A stretch of 64,000 bases of DNA from Malacoraja senta (lineage: Eukaryota), in the NCBI GenBank assembly GCA_038087875.1, contig CM075988.1:16556001-16620000 (forward strand). The letters are read 5' to 3'. The position numbers were made by a program, and so were the translations under genes. Shown here one piece after another: positions 13,951-25,008 of this stretch (the first letter of the stretch is position 1; each line of letters starts with the position of its first letter). Below the pieces are notes generated by a model. It saw nothing but the letters and a program-made list of their open reading frames with translations. It did not search any database and had not been told where the DNA came from.

Positions 13951-14933
13951 AATCCGGTTTGTGAGAGTCATTAGAGACTTGCCAAATGAGGTTATAGAGC
14001 AATACGGAAATAACGCGGGCAACTGGATTAATAGCGATAGGCTTGATGATCAGCATTGATGCGGTGGGCTGATGGGTCTATATCTATTTGTCACTATGAC
14101 TATAAATGTCAATATCGCCAGATCCACATCCTATGAATAAATACATTATTTAAAAAAACACATTTCATGTTACAACTGTGTGACTATCTATCTGAAACCT
14201 TGTTATCCTGTAGGATACTTGGTTCAGTCAAACAGGTGAGGTACCAGAGGAGTGGACAATAGGTAATGTTATTCCCTCTATCCATCTCTACCCTGTGGTG
14301 GACATTAGACTTTGTCTGTGTAACTGATGTGTTACAATGCTGACAACCACATTCTGCTCCCTTTATCATCCCCTTTGCTCTACCTATTGTACATGGACTT
14401 GATTGTATGAATGTATAGTGTTATCTGATCCTATAGCATGCAAAGTGTAGCTTTTAGCTGTGCCTTGGTACATGTGACAACAATAAACCTAAACCTAACA
14501 TCAGATTTTATTGTATGCGGATGCAGCTCAACTGCGCTCAAGAGAAAGTTAGGTTTAGCTCTTTAGGGATAAAGGAATCAAGGGATATTGGGAAAAAGCA
14601 GGAACGGGGTACTGATTTTGGATGATCAGCTGTGATCATATTGAATGGTGGTGCTGGCTCGAAGGGCCGAATTCTATTGCAACTATTTTCGATGGTTCTA
14701 TGTTTCAAGAGGCAGGTTGGCCTATTCCTGCTCTAATTTGTTACGTTGTCAAGGAGGAGTTCAATAGAATGTTACAAGTTTCCCAGCCAACATTGGATCA
14801 GCAATAAGGGGCTTGGCAGGATCCGACGCTGGAGCTACCTTTCATTTCCCAGAGTTCCTGGGGGAATATTACTGATTATTTAATGTTAATGCAGATTTGG
14901 GAGAGGGGGGGGGCAAGAAGATTTCCAACTTAC

Positions 14934-15073
14934 TGGCTGCCCAGACCCTGGGCTCGAACAGAAGATGGTGTATTTGCGGATGATCCCATTTGGCTTGGTC
15001 GGAGGGAGCCAGGACACGACCACGCTGCTGGCAGAGGAGGGGACGGCTTTGATTCCTGCAGGTGGCCCTGGAA
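14934..15073 (-). CDS. DSCAML1: DSCAML1 coding exon (140 nt, phase 1 to 0)
   Basis: Acceptor cttcag|TT, donor CCA|gtaagt. Encodes (I)[46 protein letters not shown], near-identical to DSCAML1 as recalled. Confidence 0.96.
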
Positions 15074-15739
15074 CTGAAGCAAAGAAGAGGCATAGCGTGA
15101 AATAAAGCAAAGCCGCTTTAACAGCGCTTAGTCAAGCTGGTTGCTAATTCCTAGAACACAGAACAGCATGTGCCACAGACAACCAGCCTTTTCATCTAAC
15201 ACACAAAAAACAAATTGAAAATCTTGCTTGCCAAAGTTCCGATTGATCAGCACTTGTTTTCACAGAGACCGAATTACTCATTTCATGAAGTTAAGATCTG
15301 TAAGAAATATCTGCATTATACAAGTCAACCACTGGTGTTCCGGCAACTGTTAGTCCGGCACCTTCGTTAATCCCCCCCCCCCCCCCCCCCGGAACACCCC
15401 CCGAAAAATGTGGTGCCTTGGCTGGGTGAGGCAGCCGATCTTGATCTCATCGGAACTTCAGCGGCTGATCGGCGGGTCGAATTTGCCCCCTACGGCCGGG
15501 GCTCTGGAACTCCGGCCTGGTCAGATCCGTTCCCATTGCCAGCAGGGAAGAAACTGTCCCTGAATCTGGAGATGTGTGTTTTCAAACGTCTGGTACCTCT
15601 CGTCTGATGGGAGAGGGGGAAAGACCGGGGTGAGACTGGTCCTTGATTATGTTGGTGGCCTTGCCGAGGTAGCGGAATAAACATTCTGTCTACATGGTTT
15701 TTCTTTTCCTGTTCAATGAAATAAAGAACTCCGCCTACT

Positions 15740-15985
15740 AAAGGGCCTGTCCCACTTTTGCGTAGTTTGCACGTCACGTAGATGACGCCTGAAGATCACG
15801 TAGATGACGCCTGAAGATTTGCACGTCACGTAGATGACGCCAAAATCCTGGGGCGCCGCGCGCAACTGCCTACGTCACCACACACCATGCGCGCATCACG
15901 TGCGCGGCATGACGCGTGCGTCGTGACGCGTAAATGATGATGCGTAAATTACGCGCAAATGACGCCCAAGTGGGACAGGCCCTTT
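15740..15985. mobile_element. MITE with related termini
   Basis: 18-bp TIR aaagggcctgtcccactt / aagtgggacaggcccttt. Interior of CpG-rich repeats (cacgtagatgacgcc three times). Confidence 0.8.
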
Positions 15986-16538
15986 TCGCTTACCAAGATG
16001 AATAAGTGGGAATAGTCACCTTCAATGCTTCGAAGAGACAGGAATTCAATTCAATTTGCATATCAATTATCTTAACTGCTGCTTTAAGAGTTAATAATAA
16101 AACACGCAATCCATCTGCTGAGTAAGGTTCATCTTTTAAATCCTTTCCTGTCATGGATGTGTAAAAAAAAAAGATTGTCTTTTAATGGTTAGCGATCGTC
16201 AGGTGCTCACAGCTGGCCCATCCTCTGAATGCCGAGAAATGCCTTGGTGTCTCCTGTTTGGAGCTGCTGCAATCAGCAACAGATGAAGTTGTGGACAGAT
16301 GGGGGAGTTCAGGATCATCCTGACCTCTCCATTGGAGGACGGCCTGAGACATCTTTCAAACTGGGCACCGATCATTCCCTGCTGGCAATCTGTACTGCTA
16401 GCACCGTGACATTGTTCTGTTCTTACATTCTCCACACTAAATGGGTCATTATTACGGACATCTGGGTAAGGGAAAATAATCTCAAACTGTGTTTCTTTTT
16501 TTAAGAGCCATCGGGTTTAGGTGACTGCCTGTCGGTAC

Positions 16539-16574
16539 GAGTCTGACGAAGGGTCTCGACCCGAAACGTCACCC
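16539..16574 (+). ncRNA. Minimal hammerhead-ribozyme-like motif in a Penelope-derived repeat
   Basis: CUGACGA-A-GGGU(CUCG)ACCC-GAAAC-GUC with a weak stem I (gagu/accc). Confidence 0.6.
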
Positions 16575-17120
16575 ATTCCTTCTCTCCAGAGATGCTATCT
16601 GTCCCGCTGAGTTACTCCAGCTTTTTGTGTCTATATTGGGTTAGTAACCTTGCTAAAAGGTCCTAAGAGATGGTGGTCAATATGTGGGCAGTCACTTCTC
16701 AGGACCTGTTTGGGCAGCTGGATATAGGATCCAGAGATATTAATTGGACCTCTGTAAACTGAGGGGCCTTTCCCGGTCGTGGCTCCAAAAACCTGGCCAC
16801 ACAGTTGGAGTCAAGCCTCAGAAAAGTCTTGATCATAATTGAGGCTTGGAATGAGTGGATGTGAAGAGGATGTTTCAGGGACAAATTTACTGTTGTGTTG
16901 TGTCTTTAAAACTTTTTTTTTCCTAAAATGTAAATACTGGTTCTGTTCTATTCTGTTCTGTTGTTCTGTTGCTTTTGCACAATCCGCAGGCATTGCCACT
17001 TTCATTTCACTGCACATCTTGTATGTGTATGTGACAAATAATGTTGACTTCACTTGAAGGTACACAAAAATGCTGGAGAAACTCAGCGGGTGCAGCAGCA
17101 TCTATGGAGCGAAGGAAATA

Positions 17121-17154
17121 GGCAACGTTTCGGGCCGAAACCCTTCTTCAGACT
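17121..17154 (-). ncRNA. Minimal hammerhead-ribozyme-like motif, sense to DSCAML1 pre-mRNA
   Basis: Minus strand reads CUGAAGA-A-GGGU(UUCG)GCCC-GAAAC-GUU. Confidence 0.55.
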
Positions 17155-19315
17155 TTGACTTCACTTGACTTGACTTGAGTAGTGGGAGAGTCTAGACATT
17201 AGGTCATAGCCTCAGAATTAAAGGACGTTCTTTTAAGAAAAGAGAAAAGGGGATATTTCTTTAGTCAGAGGGTGCAAGCAAGAATTTCATTGTCCTATCT
17301 GGGACACATGACAATAAACTCTCTTGACTTGACTTGAAAAGAAAAAGGAGATATTTCTTTAGTCAAAGGGTGCTGAATCTGTGGAATTCTTTGCCACAGA
17401 AGGCTGTGGAGGCCAAGTCAGTAGATTTTTTTAAGGCAGAGATAGAGAGATTCTTGATTAGAACAGGTGTCAGAGGTTATGGGGAGAATGCAGGAGAATG
17501 GGGTTAGGAGGAAGAGACAGATCAGCCATGAATGGCAGAGTAGACGATGGGCCGAACGGCCTAATTCTATTCCTATTCCTTATGACCTTATGAGATCCTT
17601 ATGAGTGCTATATTAAATTGAATTGAAAGATACAGGGTGGAAGGCCCTTCAGCCCACGGAGTCCACTCTGACCATCGATCACCCGTTCACCCTGGTTCTC
17701 TGTTATCCCACGTTCTCATCCATTTACAGAGGCCAACTAACCTACAAACCTGCACGTCTTTGGGAATCGGGAGGAAACCGGAGCACTCTTGGGGGGGGGG
17801 GGGGCGGTGGGGGGGTGAAACCACACGGCCACAGGGAGAACGTGCAAGCTCCACGCAGGCAGTACCTGAGGTCCGGATCATACCTGGGTCTCTGGTGCTG
17901 TAAGGCAGCAACTCTACTGCTGCACCACTGTGCCACCCTATCATACATTTAGGCAGACTCCACCAAACCAATCATGCTGTGGACAGAACTAACCCACTGG
18001 CCGTGAGAGGACTTTGTGGATTATAGGATGAATGGCGTTGCCAACTGTAAACATTGAATGAAGCATTGCAAGATAATGGCACTGACACATCATTAGGTGG
18101 AAGAGATTCTGTTGCAATGATCTAGTCCCCATAGCTGGGAATGTTAAATGCTGCAATTTCTACCGTATTGATTATACTTCAGAAATAACCCATCTGGGAC
18201 ATTAATAAAGATATAAGAGGCATAATATAAATGTGAGTCTTCCTTCCAAATAAAAGATGCACAGGACACAAATGTAAGGTGACTGGATAAGTAATCAGAG
18301 ACAATCTGTAGAAAGATTTTTCTTAAACAGAAAACTGTTGTGATCTGGAAAGGACTGCTGATATTGGATAAATATTTGAAAACTAAGATAACTAAGTCCA
18401 AATAAGCCTACAGTTAACAAAGATGGAACTATTACAGCCTGCAAAAGGGTGCCGGCCCAAAACTTTGTCTGCCCGTATCCTTCAATAAATGCTGTCTTAC
18501 CCGCTGAGTTTGTCCAGAAGCCTGTTGTTTGGGGTCAAGATGGCAGCAACTGCAGTCCCATTTGCCCCCAAGGCCTATGGCTCTTAACAGAGGGTTTCAA
18601 AATCCAAAGGGTGGCACAGATTCCAAGTAATTGGTGGGGTTAGTGGGGAGGGCTAGATTTTTAAGCAGAGGGTTTGGACCTCACACTCAGATGTCTGTTT
18701 AGAGTTTTTTAGACTTTAGAGATACTTTAGAGCCCAACGAGTCCGCGACGCCTAGCGATCTGTACACTAACACTATCCTACACATACTAGCGACAATTCA
18801 CAATGATACCAAGCCAATTAATCTACAAACTTTGGAATGTGGGAGGAAACCGGGTATCCCGGAGAAAACCCACGCAGGCCATGAAGAGAACGTGCAAACT
18901 CTGTATAGGCAGGCACCCGTAGTCAGGATCGAACCGGGGTCCCTGGCGCTGTAAGGCAGCAACTCTACCGCTGTGCCACTGTGCCGCCCCCCCCCCCCCC
19001 AAAAGTGATATTAAGAGGGCTTCCCACTTATTCTACACCTCTCATATGGTAGAGACAGAAATCCTTAACGCACTAAATAAGTGGCTGGATATATACTTGA
19101 ACAGTGGTAACCCCAGCGACTGGGGCTGGAAGATGGAACGTGGGTTAACATTTCCAACTGGCATGGACTCAATGGGCTGAATGATCTCTTACTGTGTTGC
19201 AGATTCTTCATAATACCATGAAACAAAAAACTATCCCCTTTAAGAGTTCCATCGCTCTGAGAATAAATACACTAGTTCCAGAGAGGACTTAATACTGTTG
19301 ACAACTCCATACATA

Positions 19316-19458
19316 AAAGAGAGAGGGAGAGGGAGAGGGAGTGGGAGAGGGAGTGGGAGAGGGAGTGGGGGAGGGAGGGAGAGAGTGAGAGGAAGAGCAG
19401 GAGAGAGGGAAAGGGAGAGAGGGGAAGGGAGTGAGGAAGAGAGAGGGAGAGAGGGAGA
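19316..19458. repeat. GA-rich low-complexity tract
   Basis: (GAGGGA/GTGGGA)n. Confidence 0.85.
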
Positions 19459-20472
19459 ATAGTGTAAGAAACTAGAAGAGATCTTTAATCAGATTGGCCT
19501 TATTCCTACTCTGAGGTTCTTATGCTCAGAGGTATGTATCAGGCAGCTGAAGAAAGATAGACTGGGAAGGGTGACAGGATAGAGAGGGGGGAGGAGTGGT
19601 GGGGGGGGGGGGGGCACAGTCTCTTTAAGTGGTCTGATAATTAATAAGAAAATGCCAGCTGATGAGACAGAAGCGAATGGCATTTTGCGGATTGCTCACC
19701 AAATCCTACCGCACGCCAATTTTGTTAGATATTGGATTTTGAGAAACTTTATAGGTATTAAGCAATGTTTCTTGCTGAGAGAGGGGGAAGGGCTTCAGGG
19801 AGAAGAGAGACATTACAAGCAGCCAAGAGCTTAATCCTCCATTTTTCAGCATTATATGCTTAATGTGAAAGCATTATGATTGGACCGATAAAGATAAATT
19901 CTAATATTTAAGACTTCTGGGGGCTACATCGTCACAATTTAATCCATGTACAAAGTTAATCCACATTCTCTGCACCTGTTTAGAATGGCAGGGTTTGAAT
20001 AAGAACCTATGTATGTAGATTAATCTGTGACAAAGGCCCTGGGCACAAATCCTTTATTTCTTCATAAAAATTGCATCAATGGAGCAGACTTATTTGATTT
20101 CTAACTTCAGGCTATTCTATTTACAGCACAAGCTACAAATTCTGCGCAAAATATTCAAACGGCAAATTACTGAATAATTGAGCCTTCGTTACGGCTGCCA
20201 GGAAATGTGGTTGGAAATCATCGCAGTGGCTATTTCTTAATAACACTAATATATAGTTTTAACATGCTCCAGCCCTGAATGATGCCCTTAATGTTCATAT
20301 TAACAAGCTCCTTCTTCACCCTGTTCACTGGGGCTCATTTAGTGTGGAGTTGTGCGAGTTCTCTAACGCCGCATACCGTGCTTTTTTAAAATCTCTGGCT
20401 GCCCTCTCAGGTGAATAGAAAAAAATGCCAGCTGACTACTCTACTCAAGAGGTTTCTGATGAGTTTTCCCGC

Positions 20473-20750
20473 AGTGGGCACAACCTCAGAATAAAAGGAC
20501 GTACGTTTAGAATGCAGGTGGGGAGGAATTTCTGCAGCCAAAGAATGGCGAATCTGTGCTATTCATTGCTACAGATAGTTGTGGAGATCAATAACTTGGG
20601 TAATTTTTTTAAGCCAAGACTGCCAGGTTCCTGATTAGTAAGGGTGATAAAGGTTATCGGGGGAAAGGAAGGAGAATGGGATTCATAGGGAGATATAGAT
20701 CAGCCGTGATCGAATGGCATAGCAGCCTCAATGGGCCAAATGGCCTAATT
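20473..20750 (+). mobile_element. Old CR1 3' fragment, the DIRS target (continues at 28735-28757)
   Basis: GHNLRIKGRTFR-like coding remnant followed by a 3' UTR cut at tggcctaatt. Confidence 0.8.
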
Positions 20751-20774
20751 TTACTTCGGAGTCACGTGAGTGAC

Positions 20775-20809
20775 TACGTGAAGAACCCCGCCAGTGCGCC
20801 TGCGCGTCA
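20775..20809 (+). repeat. DIRS left inverted terminal repeat core
   Basis: tacgtgaagaaccccgccagtgcgcctgcgcgtca is the exact reverse complement of 28626-28660 (35 bp). Confidence 0.95.
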
Positions 20810-20959
20810 TTACGTCAGACGCCTTGACGCAAACGGATGTGAGGAGCAGAGCTCCTCTATTGGATTTGTAGTTTTTTAACTACAAGGTAAGTAGAAACTG
20901 TTTTCATGTTTTCCATGTCCGTTTACTGTGGGTCTGTGGGAATTTTTTCCACAGACGCC

Positions 20960-22216
20960 ATGGAAAAAACGGGCAGGGAGAAGAGGCAAGCGACTCAGCC
21001 GACAGAAAGTCGGGAGGCTGCGGGTAGCGACCAACCGCCTCTAACCCCGATACAGTCGCCAGCGGTGAGCATAGCGACTGTGGACCTGGGGCTGATTAAA
21101 ACACAGTCAGCGCCTGTCAGGCGAAAGGCGAAGTTTAAATCCCGACAGCCCACGGAGGAGGAGTCCCAGGCCATGGAAGTAGCTCCAGGGCTAGATACTG
21201 CTTTTCAGTGTATTGCCCAAATGGAAAGCCTTTTACATAGGCTGTTGGAGCAAAGTACACTCAGGGAGGAGTGTACTGAAATCCAAGCTGCTGGAAGCAG
21301 CTCAACAGCTCCTGGTACAGGGCTGATGGAATGCACCCTCGGGGATGAGGAGCATGCTATGGGTCATGAGAGTTCTGACCCCGACTCTGACGGTGAGGCT
21401 ATACAAGGTGAAGAACGGCAGCTGGCAGATATTCCACCACTGGCAGTACGATTTGCTGCCCCGTCAGGGTCAGGAGAACCATTAGGAGAAGAACTGGCCT
21501 CCTTAATAAATTACTTGGTTTCCCATCAGCTGGAACAGCAGGAGATGGATGAGACTGCAAGAAAGCATGAGACCCCAAGTAACTGTGTGTTGCTGAAAGC
21601 ACCAGCAGTGAATCAAATCATCTGGAATCAGTTGAGTATGACTATGAGAACTCAAGAATTAAAATTGCAGAGAATATTAAAGCTGCTGGGTTCTGGAATA
21701 ACTGCTTTTGCCAGAATAGTGGATAAAAGCCAAGAGTTGACGGAGTTGCATCAGGAAGCACTGGGATTGCTATGCAGCACCCACTTCGAGATCAATTGTC
21801 TGAGGAAAGGTGCTATACGGCCTACTATGAATCCGAAATTCGCAGCACTCTGCAAACCAAGTAATATACAATTACCCAACTTGCTCTTTGGAGAGGATCT
21901 CGGGAGACGTATTAAAGAGTTGGAAGATGAAGCGAAAACAGGATTGATGAAAACATCAATGGTTGTAAAGTCTGTAAAGAGGAAGTATCCTTTCAGACGT
22001 CATACGGATCCTGGACCAGGACCAAGTCGCTCATCAACGCAGGGACGTAGTTGGCGGCCTGCAGCGGGAGCAAGAACCGGTGGGGGGTGCTTCCGGGAGA
22101 ACCCAGGGATCTCAGGGTACTCAAATGACTCAAGAGGTAGGTGGCCCTGGTTCTCATGGGAACATACTAACCGGATTAAGTCCAAAAGTTGGTGGCAGAT
22201 TACATCTCTTCTATAA
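20960..22216 (+). CDS. DIRS ORF1, gag-like protein (open)
   Basis: Long uninterrupted ORF at the ORF1 position. ATG 20960 has a gccATGg Kozak context. The 3' end overlaps the start of ORF2. Confidence 0.8.
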   Translation: MEKTGREKRQATQPTESREAAGSDQPPLTPIQSPAVSIATVDLGLIKTQSAPVRRKAKFKSRQPTEEESQAMEVAPGLDTAFQCIAQMESLLHRLLEQSTLREECTEIQAAGSSSTAPGTGLMECTLGDEEHAMGHESSDPDSDGEAIQGEERQLADIPPLAVRFAAPSGSGEPLGEELASLINYLVSHQLEQQEMDETARKHETPSNCVLLKAPAVNQIIWNQLSMTMRTQELKLQRILKLLGSGITAFARIVDKSQELTELHQEALGLLCSTHFEINCLRKGAIRPTMNPKFAALCKPSNIQLPNLLFGEDLGRRIKELEDEAKTGLMKTSMVVKSVKRKYPFRRHTDPGPGPSRSSTQGRSWRPAAGARTGGGCFRENPGISGYSNDSRGRWPWFSWEHTNRIKSKSWWQITSLL

Positions 22217-24051
22217 CAATTGGAAGAAGATTACTTCAGATGTGGTAATTCTGAATAGTATACAAGGATTTCGAATTGAATTCAATCCAAATTATGATTT
22301 GCCTGTCCAGCATGTTCCTAGCAGAACTCTCCACTTTGCACAACTGCACAGCTGCACTTGAAACCCTGTATATAAAAGGTGTTATTGAAGAATCAGTCTA
22401 CCAAATTCACCAATTTGTGTCAAATGTATTCCCTCGATCAAAAAAGGATGGAGGATGTAGGATTATTCTAGACTTGACAAGTCTGAATCCTTTTGTTCAA
22501 TTTAGACATTTTAAAATGGAGACATTTGTGACTGCCAAACAACTTATTTCAGAAGCATGTTATATGGCAACTATAGATTTAAAAGATGCATATTATTCAG
22601 TGACTGTTCACTCGGAAGATAGGAAGTATCTTAAATTTAAATGGATGAACCAGTTATGGCAGTTCAAAGCCCTGCCTAATGGGTTAACGTCCGCTCCCAG
22701 AATATTCACAAAATTGTTAAAACCAATTCTGGGGTTGCTGAGAAGACAGGGGCATGTACTAATGGCATACTTGGATGATGTCTTGATTATAGGAAGGACA
22801 AAACAGTCAACAGAAGCATCTGTTGCAGTTGTGAAATCAACTTTTGAAAATTTGGGGGTTCTAATTCATCCACAGAAATCAAGGTTAACACCATGTACCT
22901 CAATTGATTATTTGGGGTTCACAATTGATTCAGTCCAAATGAAAATTACTTTGCCCAGAGAAAAAAGGGTGGAGTTGATTAAAGATTGCAGTAATCTGCT
23001 AAACGAGCAAAAACCCTCAATCAGACAGGTGGCTCGAGTACTGGGAAAATTAGTAGCAGCATTCCCAGCAGTCCAATACGGACCATTACATTATCAACAG
23101 CTGCAGAGAGTTAAAGAACAGGCACTGAGAATGCATGTTGGTCATTTTGATAGAACCATGCAACTAACAACAAATGCTGTTTCTGATCTGCAGTGGTGGA
23201 TTCTACATGTCTCAAGCAGTTCCAGCAAAGTGCTGATTGAACAACCTTCCATGATATTACAAACTGATGCCAGTGCACTAGGATGGGGTGCAACTGACTT
23301 AGCATCTAGCTGCGGAGGCAGATGGAATCAGGAAGAGTCATTGTTACTGCAGACATGGGGAATTAACTATTTGGAGCTTTTAGGATGTTTCTATGGACTC
23401 CAAGCTTACTGTTCTAACAGAACTAATAAGCATGTTCAAGTTCAAATTGATAACACAACAGCAGTTGCCTATATTAATCATATGGGTGGAATCAAGTCGG
23501 TGTCATGTGACAAAATGGCTAATTAAATTTGGTCTTGGTGCATTGAAAAGAACATTTGGATTTCAGCCATCCATCTACCAGGTAGAATGAATACGATAGC
23601 AGACACCAGGTCATGAAAGTTCCATGATAATAAAGAATGGATGTTGAATCGAGAGGTATTCAATGACATAGTAATCAGATTTGGAATACCAGACATCGAC
23701 TTGTTCGCATCTAGACTGAATCATCAGCTATCGAGATATGTCTCATGGGAACCAGATCCAGGAGCAGTGGCGATTGATGCTTTCTCGCTACATTGGGGTG
23801 GTATGTTTTCATATATATTTCCACCTTTCTGCCTCATAAGCCAATGTTTGCTTAAAATCAGGCAAGATGCTGCTTCAGGGGTATTAGTAGTACCAGATTG
23901 GCCTACGCAGCCATGGTATCCGTTGATATTAGAATTAACAACACAAAAGTTCATGAAAGTCCCAAAAATAAATAATCTATTGCTGCACCCTGTAACAGGG
24001 GAACAACATCCATTATATGATTGTTTGGATTTGTTGATTTGCAGGTTTTAA
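22125..24051 (+). pseudogene. DIRS ORF2: reverse transcriptase, RNase H and adenine-methyltransferase-like domain (disrupted)
   Basis: VGGRL..F...W N-terminus; RT motifs KKDGGCRIILDL, IDLKDAY, LPNGLTSAPRIF and YLDD; RNase H motifs TDAS..GWGA, INYLELL and DNTTAVAYIN; MT-like IDLFAS...YIFPPF...PDWPTQPWYP. One frameshift near 22335-22360 and in-frame stops at 23524 (TAA) and 23614 (TGA). Confidence 0.93.
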
Positions 24052-25008
24052 GAAGGCCTTTTCTGGGGTGAGGACTGTCTGAGCGTACTGTGGACATGCT
24101 TACGGCAGCCTGGAGGAAGAGCATTCAAAAACAGTACCTTTCTTATATTAAGAAATGGGAAGCGTTCTGTGTACAAATGAATGTGGAATATAGTACTGCA
24201 GATATTTCAATTGTTTTAGAATTTCTGTCAAAACATTATTATGATGAAGGCTTGAGTTATAGTGCAATTAATTCAGCCAGAAGTGCATTGTCCTCATATT
24301 TGGTTCTGGATTCAGAAAGAAACCCAATTGGGTCACACCCACTTGTTTCCAGACTAATGAAAGGAATCTTTAATTCCAAACCTCCGAAACCTAGGTACAT
24401 GACAATCTGGGATGTAAGTGTGGTACTGAAACTACTTCGTGAATGGTCACCAAGTGTGTCTTTACCTTTGGCCAAGCTCAGTATGAAAGTAGTCATGCTT
24501 ATGGCATTAGTGACAGCACAACGAGTGCAAACACTTGGAAAATTACAAATAGACAGTATGGAAGTAACTGAAGACAAGGTTACATTCTATATCTATGACC
24601 TACTAAAGCAAAGTAGGCCAGGTGTGACAGGATTTAAAATTGTGCTAGCAACATATCCAAATGATCCTTGTCTCTGTGTTAAGACATATTTGTTACAATA
24701 CATTGAGATCACAAAGAATTTGAGAAATACGGAAATTGGGTTGTTGATCACACACAAGAAACCACACAAGAGAGTTTCAGTACAGACCATTTCCTGATGG
24801 ATAAAAGAAGTCTTAACAGCTGCTGGTATTAACACTGATGTTTTTACGTCTCACTCGACTAGGGCAACAGCAATGTCGGTGGCCAGGGCGAAAGACGTCC
24901 CCGTCGACCATATCCTCACAGCTGCCGGGTGGTCCAATGAGTTGATGTTTCAACATTTTTACCATCGGCCTATTGTTAATGCGGGATTGTTTGCAGAAAC
25001 TATTTTAA
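24045..25008 (+). pseudogene. DIRS ORF3: tyrosine recombinase (disrupted)
   Basis: Reading through TGA stops at 24069 and 24795 gives the catalytic set AQRV...SHSTR...AGW...FY. The C-terminus abuts the CR1 insertion. Confidence 0.92.

Noticed and set aside
19649..19686. CTGATGA inside the hairpin aaaatgcca...tggcatttt as a possible intronic hammerhead
   Set aside because: No stem II or GAAA...UH arrangement; only a short hairpin.
22276..24797. Prokaryotic retron or phage-like RT, methylase and integrase system, or contamination
   Set aside because: Domain order, ITR/ICR structure and clean junctions into a host CR1 tail identify it as a DIRS1-like retrotransposon.
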